64,000 nt of DNA, taken from the IMG/VR virus record IMGVR_UViG_3300006316_000001, positions 32,001 through 96,000 of that record; one strand, written 5' to 3'. Made by a program: the position numbers and the translations under genes. Below the pieces are notes generated by a model that saw nothing but the letters and a program-made list of their open reading frames with translations, did no database searches and was not told the origin of the DNA. Positions 56,669-64,000 of this stretch are shown here, one piece after another; position 1 is the first letter of the stretch; every line of letters starts with the position of its first letter. Source of the DNA: a virus.

Positions 56669-58174
56669 TTACATCTCCATGATTTCTTTTAGTTCGCGGC
56701 TGGATTCTTCTTGAGCGATCATTTCTTCTAGGGTGTTAGCCTTATCTTTGTCAAAACGAATCCTAACGACACGCGCAAGGAACAGTGATTGCTTTTCACT
56801 ACCCTCAGTGATTGTGCGGGCGTTATATTCACCCTCAACAATTGCACCGATGTACTTGTTCGGGTCGAACTTCTCATCGTCTTCAACTGATGACTGCGTC
56901 ATGTTATCAGCGTTGTCCTGAATGAACACCTTCTTATACCCGCGCATTTCATCAGTTAGACCTGAGCCGATACCGGAAGCAACCATGCCACATTCAGACT
57001 CAATGTTGAACCCACCAATGCAGTTCTCATACTTTGAACCTTTCTTGCCAGGATACCAGCTAACGATACGGAATTCCGCAGGGTGAATTTCTTTGAACTT
57101 GTATTGTGAAGTGGATCTGCAATCTTCCCAATAGCCATTACCGTCTTTGACGATAGTGCCTTCTTCTTTACGTGCAAGCATTTCAGCATAGTGAATTTTC
57201 GCTTCAGCTAGGCTGCTGATCTTACGACATTCAGTCAACTTAATACGCTTGTGGTGACCAGAAGCATCGAACATGTCATCGTCATCTTCACCAATACGAC
57301 CGTCAAGGCAACGTAACTCTTCCCAACGCTCACTATATGTCTTCTTGGTGATACCTTCGCGCTTCTCAAACTCAGCGCGATCAATGATATCCCAGACAAC
57401 AAGAATAACGCGGTCTGCTTCTTCTGAGCCGATTGTGCCTGAAGATGCTTTGTTAATCACACCATTACCAGTCTGGCGTGCTGCGATTATACCGTTAGCG
57501 TCAATCACAACCAGTTCACCATCAAGGACGACATCACCACAAGATTCGGTGTATTTGCGGGCTGCGTTGGCTAATGATTGTAAACCGTGGTAGGATTTGC
57601 CGTTACGGGAACGCAATTCAATACCCTCAGTGTAACATTTGATTAGACAACGTGCGCCATCAGACTTCAATTGGCTGTATGCATTAGACCAATCAATGTT
57701 CTTGTTGATAGCCGCAGCGTTGTATGGGGAACAAAGCATACAAGGGAAGTCGGGCACAAAATCAACACCATATACCTTACGGAAAGTGTTGATTGTCGCG
57801 CCACACTTGAAGTCACGAGCAACGATCATATCAAGCATGGCTGCATCATCTTCTGGCAATCCTGATTTGATCTGTGCCAAATGTAACTTATCCGCGTTGG
57901 ATGCTGAACCCTTTGTATCAAGATACATTAGCTTCTCAATAGCATCACTCATGGTACTTTCGCGAGTTTCTTCGGTATCACCGAAAAGAAGATCAATAGG
58001 ATTTGGTGGTGGAAGATCTTCAATCTTACTTAGGTTGTATGAGATGAGTTGATTGTACGTCAATGCAACACACTCACGCAGAAACTCATTATCGGCATGC
58101 TGCTCAATGATTGCAGTCTTGGCCTTTGTACCCTTTGCTTCACGAAGTTGTTGAATAATTTTATTCGGATGCAT
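56669..58174 (-). CDS. lig: ATP-dependent DNA ligase (T4 gp30-like)
   Basis: Motif I QLKSDGAR, SRNGK, VLDGEL, VWDII, EEGTIVK, KFK, IGSGLTD, RIRFDK. Confidence 0.95.
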   Translation of the reverse strand: MHPNKIIQQLREAKGTKAKTAIIEQHADNEFLRECVALTYNQLISYNLSKIEDLPPPNPIDLLFGDTEETRESTMSDAIEKLMYLDTKGSASNADKLHLAQIKSGLPEDDAAMLDMIVARDFKCGATINTFRKVYGVDFVPDFPCMLCSPYNAAAINKNIDWSNAYSQLKSDGARCLIKCYTEGIELRSRNGKSYHGLQSLANAARKYTESCGDVVLDGELVVIDANGIIAARQTGNGVINKASSGTIGSEEADRVILVVWDIIDRAEFEKREGITKKTYSERWEELRCLDGRIGEDDDDMFDASGHHKRIKLTECRKISSLAEAKIHYAEMLARKEEGTIVKDGNGYWEDCRSTSQYKFKEIHPAEFRIVSWYPGKKGSKYENCIGGFNIESECGMVASGIGSGLTDEMRGYKKVFIQDNADNMTQSSVEDDEKFDPNKYIGAIVEGEYNARTITEGSEKQSLFLARVVRIRFDKDKANTLEEMIAQEESSRELKEIMEM

Positions 58175-58400
58175 CAGTCACGTCCTTACATTCAATTTTA
58201 TTTTCACGGTTGGCGGCTGCTTTTGCGCGACCACCTTCAAGTGTTAGTGGGCGATAATCCCATAACGGACATTTGTGTTTAGTTCTAACACCGTCGGATG
58301 GGCAATCCTCGGCTTGTTTGCGCCAAGAACCGCCACCTGCTGAACCATCATAAATGCACTGTTTACACATTTGGTCTATTGCTTGTTTTCTAGACATTGG
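58161..58400 (-). CDS. Small Cys-rich protein
   Basis: AI..MCKQCIYD....W..Q..DC....CPLW.YRP. Confidence 0.55.
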   Translation of the reverse strand, partial: PMSRKQAIDQMCKQCIYDGSAGGGSWRKQAEDCPSDGVRTKHKCPLWDYRPLTLEGGRAKAAANRENKIECKDVTDASE

Positions 58401-58605
58401 ATGCCCCCTGAATGTGGATTGTTGTAGTACCATCAGCCTCAACGCTGAAGTTGTAGAAGCTGCCGCAATACAAGAATTGGCAGTGGGTTGTACCCATAGC
58501 ATCAACCACGATAGACGTGTCGATGATGTTTACCTGACTCACTGTTACATCGTTGTTACAGTACTTGGCAAGAGCGATAGCTGCCTCAAACGTTAGTGAT
58601 TTCAT
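58390..58605 (-). CDS. Hypothetical early protein
   Basis: First gene behind promoter at 58668-58696; AAGGA SD. Confidence 0.5.
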   Translation of the reverse strand: MKSLTFEAAIALAKYCNNDVTVSQVNIIDTSIVVDAMGTTHCQFLYCGSFYNFSVEADGTTTIHIQGASNV

Positions 58606-58627
58606 AAACATTTCCTTCCGAAATGAT

Positions 58628-58696
58628 GGGGAAGTGCTAACCCTTAGCACTTTACCCCGTAAATATCATTATACTCTAATTTTACTAGAAGTAAAG
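58628..58696 (-). promoter_or_regulatory. Early promoter plus 5' leader hairpin (long class)
   Basis: CTTTAC(58696-58691)-N17-TATAAT(58673-58668), then ACGGGG-UA-AAGUGCUAA-GGG-UUAGCACUU-CCCC. Confidence 0.85.
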
Positions 58697-58700
58697 CTTT

Positions 58701-59360
58701 TTAAGAAGTTATGGAATCTAGATACTCAGCTAACCGAAGGTGTGTGTTCTGCATCATAAGAACGTCCAGCGCAATATCATGATCTTCACGGTGTTTTATT
58801 ACACAATCTGGCCATACGAATGAATCATCATACCCGTTTGGTGTGTGATCAGGATTCCATATTGTTGTTATCGCGTCAATTTCAGTACGGATATCGCGAA
58901 TGTTCCACCAAGGGAATGGTATTTCCCACCTGAAGTATTTGTAGATATTTTCTAACAGAACGATATCAAACTGTGGACCACGCGCCCAGATACGGTCACC
59001 ATTGGCATTGGGTTGGTATCCCATATCATCCAGATATTTCTGAATTCTTGGACCCATTAATGAAAGGTCAATATCTTCTGGGCTCGGGTCAATAACCATC
59101 GAACGGGCGTGAGCCTGATCAGGATTACTCCACCAATCAACTGTGCTCTGGTCCCAAGTTCGGTTGTATTTATTGAACTGCGTCTTCAAGTCAAACTTTA
59201 GACGGAGAGCATCACCAACCAATTCTTCGAATGACTTCATCTCAGATGGATCAAATACCAAGATTGCTAGTGATGGTGTTGCCGTATCGGGATTGCGTTG
59301 AGCATTACCCACAGTCTCGAAATCGAGAATGATTTGTTTAGGAGAGTTTGAATTTGTCAT
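58701..59360 (-). CDS. dexA: DEDDh 3'-5' exonuclease (T4 DexA-like)
   Basis: ILDFET, STVDWW, IWARG..FD, RDIRT, H...HDIALDVL. Confidence 0.8.
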   Translation of the reverse strand: MTNSNSPKQIILDFETVGNAQRNPDTATPSLAILVFDPSEMKSFEELVGDALRLKFDLKTQFNKYNRTWDQSTVDWWSNPDQAHARSMVIDPSPEDIDLSLMGPRIQKYLDDMGYQPNANGDRIWARGPQFDIVLLENIYKYFRWEIPFPWWNIRDIRTEIDAITTIWNPDHTPNGYDDSFVWPDCVIKHREDHDIALDVLMMQNTHLRLAEYLDSITS

Positions 59361-60063
59361 AATATTCTCTGAGGTTGTCGTTTAGTTTAGAACACATTAG
59401 ATATAAATCATCAAGCGTTCGGTTGTCTTCAAAGTCAAATCCTTCAATTGTACGTCCAGCATGAATCTTAGGTTCAACTCCAAATTTACGAATTGTCAAG
59501 ATCAGTGAATTCAAGCAGTCACCAGCAGCAACGCGACATATGATTCGGAATGACGATTCGCCGAATTTGCGACGGAACGTACCGTTTGCTCTCGCAATCA
59601 CGAACTTGTCATCAACGTTAATGGAGAATATATCATGTGATTCTGAGTGATTCATTTTCAGATGATTTTTGAGATAGTCGCGCTTGACGGTGGCGCATCC
59701 TGGATTTCGGAATGTCTTGACATGAAAGTTCAAAGTCTTACCCACAGCCACTGAGTGCTTACGCTTACCTAATTTGGCGTACACGCTCTCTCCAGGATTG
59801 GCGTATTGCATGCTCCAAGGACACTCAATACCATTACTGGCTGCTGCTGATTTAATGACTGTGAAGATTCTGTGGTTACGGTGTTCGCTGTGTGACGCTT
59901 TACCTTCTATCGCCATCATGATACGACGGGCAACTGCATAAGCCGCATCCAACGATTTTAATTTGTCTGGGAATGTTTCTTGGAATTTGGAAATCCAAAT
60001 CTTACCCTTTTGCTTTAACATCCACTCAATGTAATGGACGTAGTCTATTTCTGTGTGACGCAT
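59338..60063 (-). CDS. Hypothetical basic protein
   Basis: AGGAG SD; 241 aa. Confidence 0.6.
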   Translation of the reverse strand: MRHTEIDYVHYIEWMLKQKGKIWISKFQETFPDKLKSLDAAYAVARRIMMAIEGKASHSEHRNHRIFTVIKSAAASNGIECPWSMQYANPGESVYAKLGKRKHSVAVGKTLNFHVKTFRNPGCATVKRDYLKNHLKMNHSESHDIFSINVDDKFVIARANGTFRRKFGESSFRIICRVAAGDCLNSLILTIRKFGVEPKIHAGRTIEGFDFEDNRTLDDLYLMCSKLNDNLREYYDKFKLS

Positions 60064-60074
60064 ATCATTTCTCC

Positions 60075-60572
60075 TTAGAATTCATTGAACATTTCGCATA
60101 GAAGCTCGTTAACTTTCTCTTTACTCATCTCAGCAGCCCAACCTGCAGCCTGAACAGCATCATCAACAGACCGACCACAACAACACCAACCAGCGGAAGA
60201 GGCGGAACGAGCAGCCCTCCGCGCACCATCATCCCAACCAGCAGCCCAGCTAGAAGAATCAGCATTAAGAGCGACATCACGAGCGCATTCGGCTTTTGGG
60301 TCATTAAGAAAATTGACAATTGAGTCATACTTATCTGTGAGTGGCATTATTTTCTCAATGTTAATTAGGGCGCAATCGCATGCAAATCTTGCGATTCTAT
60401 TTGTTGGTATGGTTTTACTAGCTAACCACAATAGATCGTCGTATGTATTTGCCCCTCCAACCAATGTTTCTACTTCCACACTCTCTTCAGTGTTGTTGGT
60501 TTGTTCTATGAAACGATTAAGACCTAATTCGCAAGCATCCATTTCAATCAACTCAGATTTAGAAATTTTCAT
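60075..60572 (-). CDS. Hypothetical protein, tandem paralogue B
   Basis: N-terminus near-identical to 60609..61154, same MFNEF end. Confidence 0.7.
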   Translation of the reverse strand: MKISKSELIEMDACELGLNRFIEQTNNTEESVEVETLVGGANTYDDLLWLASKTIPTNRIARFACDCALINIEKIMPLTDKYDSIVNFLNDPKAECARDVALNADSSSWAAGWDDGARRAARSASSAGWCCCGRSVDDAVQAAGWAAEMSKEKVNELLCEMFNEF

Positions 60573-60608
60573 AATAGAATTCCATGTGTTAGGTGAAGTG
60601 TTAAGTAT

Positions 60609-61154
60609 TTAGAATTCATTGAACATTTCGCGTAGTAGGTCGTCTATGCAACTTGACCCACAAACATGTTGAGCTGACCGAGCAACATTAATGGCATGAA
60701 TCTTCGCGCTTCCAGAATATTTTGCGGAATATGCAGCAAAGGCGAACGAAACTGCAGTATTGGCGCAGGATGCACGAGAGTAGCGAGCCTTTTCGATAAA
60801 ACTAAAAGACTTTTCCCACAATTCATCCCGAATGTCTTTATTTATATCATCAAAATCGTCAGCAATATCATCACTTGAAGCGTTATTCAAAAAATCAACA
60901 ATCAAATCGTAGTTGTCTGTGTGGGGCTTGATATGATGTGCGACAATCAATGCGCAATCGTATGCAAATCTTACGATTCGGCGTTTCGGAATCTTCTTAC
61001 TCGCTAACCACAATAGATCTTCGTGCGTGTTCAGTCCACCAACCAATGAGGTCACTTCCACACTGTCTTCGGTGTTGTTGGTTTGTTCTATGAAGCGTTT
61101 AAGACCTAATTCACAAGCATCCATTTCAATTAGCTCAGATTTAGAAATTTTCAT
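60609..61154 (-). CDS. Hypothetical protein, tandem paralogue A
   Basis: First gene behind promoter at 61205-61233. Confidence 0.7.
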   Translation of the reverse strand: MKISKSELIEMDACELGLKRFIEQTNNTEDSVEVTSLVGGLNTHEDLLWLASKKIPKRRIVRFAYDCALIVAHHIKPHTDNYDLIVDFLNNASSDDIADDFDDINKDIRDELWEKSFSFIEKARYSRASCANTAVSFAFAAYSAKYSGSAKIHAINVARSAQHVCGSSCIDDLLREMFNEF

Positions 61155-61176
61155 AATAAATAGCCTTTTATTGGGA

Positions 61177-61233
61177 AGGGCTAACCGTTAACCCTATAAC
61201 AACCATTATACTCTAATTAGCCGAGAAGTAAAG
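61177..61233 (-). promoter_or_regulatory. Early promoter plus 5' leader hairpin (short class)
   Basis: CTTTAC(61233-61228)-N17-TATAAT(61210-61205), then AUAGGG-UUAA-CGG-UUAG-CCCU. Confidence 0.85.
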
Positions 61234-61255
61234 CTTTTTAGCTAAATTTGAATGT

Positions 61256-61282
61256 AAAAAAGGCTCCGCTAGGGAGCCTTTT
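61256..61282 (-). terminator. Rho-independent terminator ending the DNA-modification operon
   Basis: AAAAAAGGCTCC-GCTAG-GGAGCCTTTT. Confidence 0.85.
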
Positions 61283-61283
61283 G

Positions 61284-62366
61284 TTAACCTAATAGGTCGA
61301 ATATGTTGGGTTCTGGTTCGGTCTGCTGTTCAAAAATGTGACCGCGCCAATCAATCTCACCCCGCTCTAAAAAGAACGACATCGCTTCTTTGTTGATCGG
61401 GTCTTTCCGCCCACGTTCGCCACCTTCTTTGCGAGTTTCTGACGATTGTAGTAATGAGCCATGGAGCATTTCTTTCCTTGCTTCCCAAAGTAGTGACCAC
61501 TCAATTCCGTCCCATCCCTTGGACTGAACGTCGGTGATGTCCAAAAATTGTCGGTCAAGGTAATATCCTGGATACCTACCATCTCTATTACGGAAAAATT
61601 TCTTGAAAGCGCAACAGACAGTTTCGAACCCAAGACGCTCGACTGACAATCCAAAACGACAATTCGTCTCTTTAATGATTCCATTTGCCTCTTCCTCTAG
61701 CCATTCAAGCTCTTCTTTTGTGAATTTGTGGCGGATCTTTTTACCATCCACCTTACGTTTACACCATTCATCTTTACCTAGTCCGCGACACAATCCGTCA
61801 CGGTGCGACTCAGAACCACCATCACCCAACAACAAACTTGGGATGTCAATCGGGATTCCACATACATCTCGTAGAGCCTGCATATAAAACCAGCATTTGT
61901 AGCGACCAAAGTCGTGGAACTTGATGACCTCATCCCATATGCGTTTGAAGTTCGCCTCACGATCCTCACCACACATACTCATGAACCAAGCATTCTGAGT
62001 GCCGTCACCAATGGTTTCGCGATAGGATTCAAACATCGCTGGCAACTTACCCTTACTGTAACGACAATCCACCTGATAGCGCAACTTGTGGTAATTATCG
62101 TCGTTCCACTTAGTTAAGCGGTCAAGGTCAACCAAGTCATAGTCGGGAAACTCGTTCGCCATCACATACGCTTGTGGGAGTTGATAGCTATTGGCGTACA
62201 ACCAGACGTACCATAGACGTTGTTCTTTGTTGTACTCTTGGCGATTGAACATGTAGTTCATCATCCAAATAGCAGGGTCAACATCGCCTCGTAAATACTG
62301 CCAAGCTGTGTATTGGATTAAAAGCTCGCGCCTGTTTTTGTAGTCTGGAGTGCGATAATCAATCAA
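61284..62366 (-). CDS. Amino acid:DNA transferase (aGPT-PPlase2 family; thymidine hypermodification)
   Basis: D.DP, EQRLW..WLY...Y, FP, L.YQ.D.RY.KG, FGRY..WFY.Q.L, SHRDGL, ET..C.FKK, RY.GYYLDRQ, W..LW.AR match the ViI gp247/M6 gp51-type family as recalled. Confidence 0.8.
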   Translation of the reverse strand: MIDYRTPDYKNRRELLIQYTAWQYLRGDVDPAIWMMNYMFNRQEYNKEQRLWYVWLYANSYQLPQAYVMANEFPDYDLVDLDRLTKWNDDNYHKLRYQVDCRYSKGKLPAMFESYRETIGDGTQNAWFMSMCGEDREANFKRIWDEVIKFHDFGRYKCWFYMQALRDVCGIPIDIPSLLLGDGGSESHRDGLCRGLGKDEWCKRKVDGKKIRHKFTKEELEWLEEEANGIIKETNCRFGLSVERLGFETVCCAFKKFFRNRDGRYPGYYLDRQFLDITDVQSKGWDGIEWSLLWEARKEMLHGSLLQSSETRKEGGERGRKDPINKEAMSFFLERGEIDWRGHIFEQQTEPEPNIFDLLG

Positions 62367-62797
62367 AATATGTACCCCTTGTTCATCTTAGCCAACTCAG
62401 TGATGGCAGCATGATACCCTTCACGTTCTTTATTCCATAATGCGCGAGTGAAACGTTGAGCGACCCACGGCTCAAGTTCTTTATGGTGACGGTTTAATAA
62501 AATCTTGTCTAACCAATTCATATCACACAACATATCATAGTTCAGGTGAATCAAGAACGATGGGTTCTCTTTGATGAACTGCTTACATGAAGGTGGTAGC
62601 TTGACGTCAGCAACCTTGATTTGGTCATCAATATCACCAACAATCTTCTCAATGATGGCTTGTGTTAGAAAAAGACCGCTACTGTGGATGTAGTGGTCGT
62701 TACCAATCTTCTCAACGATAGCATCAAGGAAGTTGCCCATGCGTGATTTGAGCTGTTGGATTTGCGGGCTATCTTTGTGAGCAATATGTTTATTCAT
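62363..62797 (-). CDS. Hypothetical protein inside the modification cluster
   Basis: AAGGAG SD plus ATG at 62797 directly after the amidotransferase stop; overlaps the next start. Confidence 0.6.
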   Translation of the reverse strand: MNKHIAHKDSPQIQQLKSRMGNFLDAIVEKIGNDHYIHSSGLFLTQAIIEKIVGDIDDQIKVADVKLPPSCKQFIKENPSFLIHLNYDMLCDMNWLDKILLNRHHKELEPWVAQRFTRALWNKEREGYHAAITELAKMNKGYIF

Positions 62798-62798
62798 C

Positions 62799-63572
62799 TT
62801 AGTCTCCTTTGAAGTCTTTGATGGTTGTTGGTTTGATTTGGATGTCAATCTGAAGGTCTTGTCCCAAGCCATCCGGATATCTCTTTTTGGCGAAGACTCC
62901 TGGATCAGCACGACTATATGTACCCATACCCAAAGTTCGACTTTCATAAATGACGCCATTAATGCAATCATCAATCTGGGACTTTTCTATACCTGCGCGA
63001 ACTAAAGCATCTTGAGTTGATGAGAAAATTATACCCGTCCCCAAATCAGCGTGCCACAATGGGCGTTGACCGTTGCGGAATCCCTTGATTGTACAATTGG
63101 TGGTGTCTAGTTCAAGAACCGCCATGCTAGCATCTGGGAAATACTTCAGAGGATGGATACCCTGATCAAGTGCTGCTAGAACAAGACTCGAATCATTACC
63201 ATTTTTGGCAATTAGCCCGTACTCACTTTCCCAAGTACTCGGATCAGCTTGTGTAATCACACCGTTATGGGCGATAGCTCGTTTCTCACCGAATAATGGT
63301 TGGTTGTGCTCAAGGTCACTGGTTGAGTATCTAGCGTGAGCGATAAGGACAATCTCGTTGTAATCTTCGTCAACAGCATCACTCAAGTTAAACTCACTCA
63401 GTAGAGCATCAACTGGTACTGGCTTGCTGTAACCTTGAATCTTATCATCTTTAATGTACGCCACGCCTGAAGCATGACGACCGCGTATTTGTAAATTTCT
63501 AAATACACGTTCACACAACTCAAGGTCTTCGCTGGTTGGGTGAACAAAATGCATACCGAATACACCACACAT
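62799..63572 (-). CDS. Stand-alone class II (Ntn) glutamine amidotransferase
   Basis: N-terminal nucleophile MCG, RG.HASG, AHARYST, NQPL, AHNGVI, NDS, RN..RPL. Confidence 0.9.
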   Translation of the reverse strand: MCGVFGMHFVHPTSEDLELCERVFRNLQIRGRHASGVAYIKDDKIQGYSKPVPVDALLSEFNLSDAVDEDYNEIVLIAHARYSTSDLEHNQPLFGEKRAIAHNGVITQADPSTWESEYGLIAKNGNDSSLVLAALDQGIHPLKYFPDASMAVLELDTTNCTIKGFRNGQRPLWHADLGTGIIFSSTQDALVRAGIEKSQIDDCINGVIYESRTLGMGTYSRADPGVFAKKRYPDGLGQDLQIDIQIKPTTIKDFKGD

Positions 63573-63582
63573 AATAATGCTC

Positions 63583-64000
63583 CTATTTGATGTCTAAATC
63601 ATTAATGAACCACGTACAATCAGGATTATACTCACCCACACCACTTGTGGACAAGAACTCTTCCTTTGTCTTTCCATAATACGGATACCCAGAACACATT
63701 CCAGGACGGTTTTCGTAGTTTGTGCACACCCCATTAACTAGATGCTTACATAGGAAGTGGCTCGCTTTCTGTGCCCATTTGCGTAGACCTTTGTCTTTGT
63801 ATTTGAACATCTGTGGATTGATCTTCTTGGCACGACGCTTCTTTATTGGAATCAACATGTCAGCGACTTTCTGACGTTCATCACTGTAGTCAGACAAATC
63901 CCAATCAGCTCTATTATCAGGGAATTTGCGAACAAAATTTTTGTAGCCTTGAGTGGCGACAATACGAAGGACTTTACAACAGTCATAGCAGCGCTCGCCA
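63583..64000 (-). CDS. YkgJ/CxxCxxCC-family cysteine-cluster (Fe-S) protein, 5' truncated by window edge
   Basis: Frame is open to the edge and reads GERCYDCCK...; C-terminal CKHL.NG.CTNYENRP.MC.GYPY. Confidence 0.8.
   Translation of the reverse strand, partial: GERCYDCCKVLRIVATQGYKNFVRKFPDNRADWDLSDYSDERQKVADMLIPIKKRRAKKINPQMFKYKDKGLRKWAQKASHFLCKHLVNGVCTNYENRPGMCSGYPYYGKTKEEFLSTSGVGEYNPDCTWFINDLDIK

Noticed and set aside
62798-62974. N-terminal extension or frameshift fusion of ORF 62363 with the amidotransferase
   Set aside because: Strong AAGGAG SD and ATG at 62797 immediately after the GATase stop; no slippery site seen
1-64000. Prophage or satellite (PICI) insertion explaining the second capsid gene
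   Set aside because: No integrase, repressor, primase or host genes in the window; the paralogue shares a near-identical DNA block and codon style with the resident MCP

Overview
The window is a 64 kb segment of a dsDNA tailed phage, most likely a lytic siphovirus with an HK97-type head. A marine gammaproteobacterial (Vibrio-like) host is inferred only from AT richness, sigma70-type promoters and the Gram-negative lysis and outer-membrane genes. Layout: (i) 1-13,930, minus-strand early genes in repeated terminator-promoter-hairpin cassettes, including an OM beta-barrel, DUF4326, a HAD phosphatase, an Arr-like ADP-ribosyltransferase, a NADAR-like hydrolase, a sigma70-family sigma factor and Imm, with a non-coding cos-like region near 9.6-10.4 kb; (ii) 14,300-54,850, plus-strand late region with a second capsid-protein paralogue, endonuclease VII, two tRNAs bracketing about 540 nt of densely paired sequence, HNH, TerL, portal, protease, MCP, connectors, two tandem tail-tube paralogues, a frameshifting tail chaperone, TMP, tail tip, several fibres and the lysis genes; (iii) 54,900-64,000, minus-strand DNA metabolism with DNA ligase, a DexA-like exonuclease and a putative thymidine-hypermodification cluster (amino acid:DNA transferase, stand-alone class II glutamine amidotransferase, YkgJ Fe-S protein) that runs off the window edge. 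The best candidates for undescribed biology are the amidotransferase-coupled DNA modification cluster, the large structured RNA between the tRNAs, the separately transcribed capsid paralogue, and a covarying 5' leader hairpin with a conserved NGG loop on most early transcripts. All protein assignments come from motif recognition by eye; no database searches were run.
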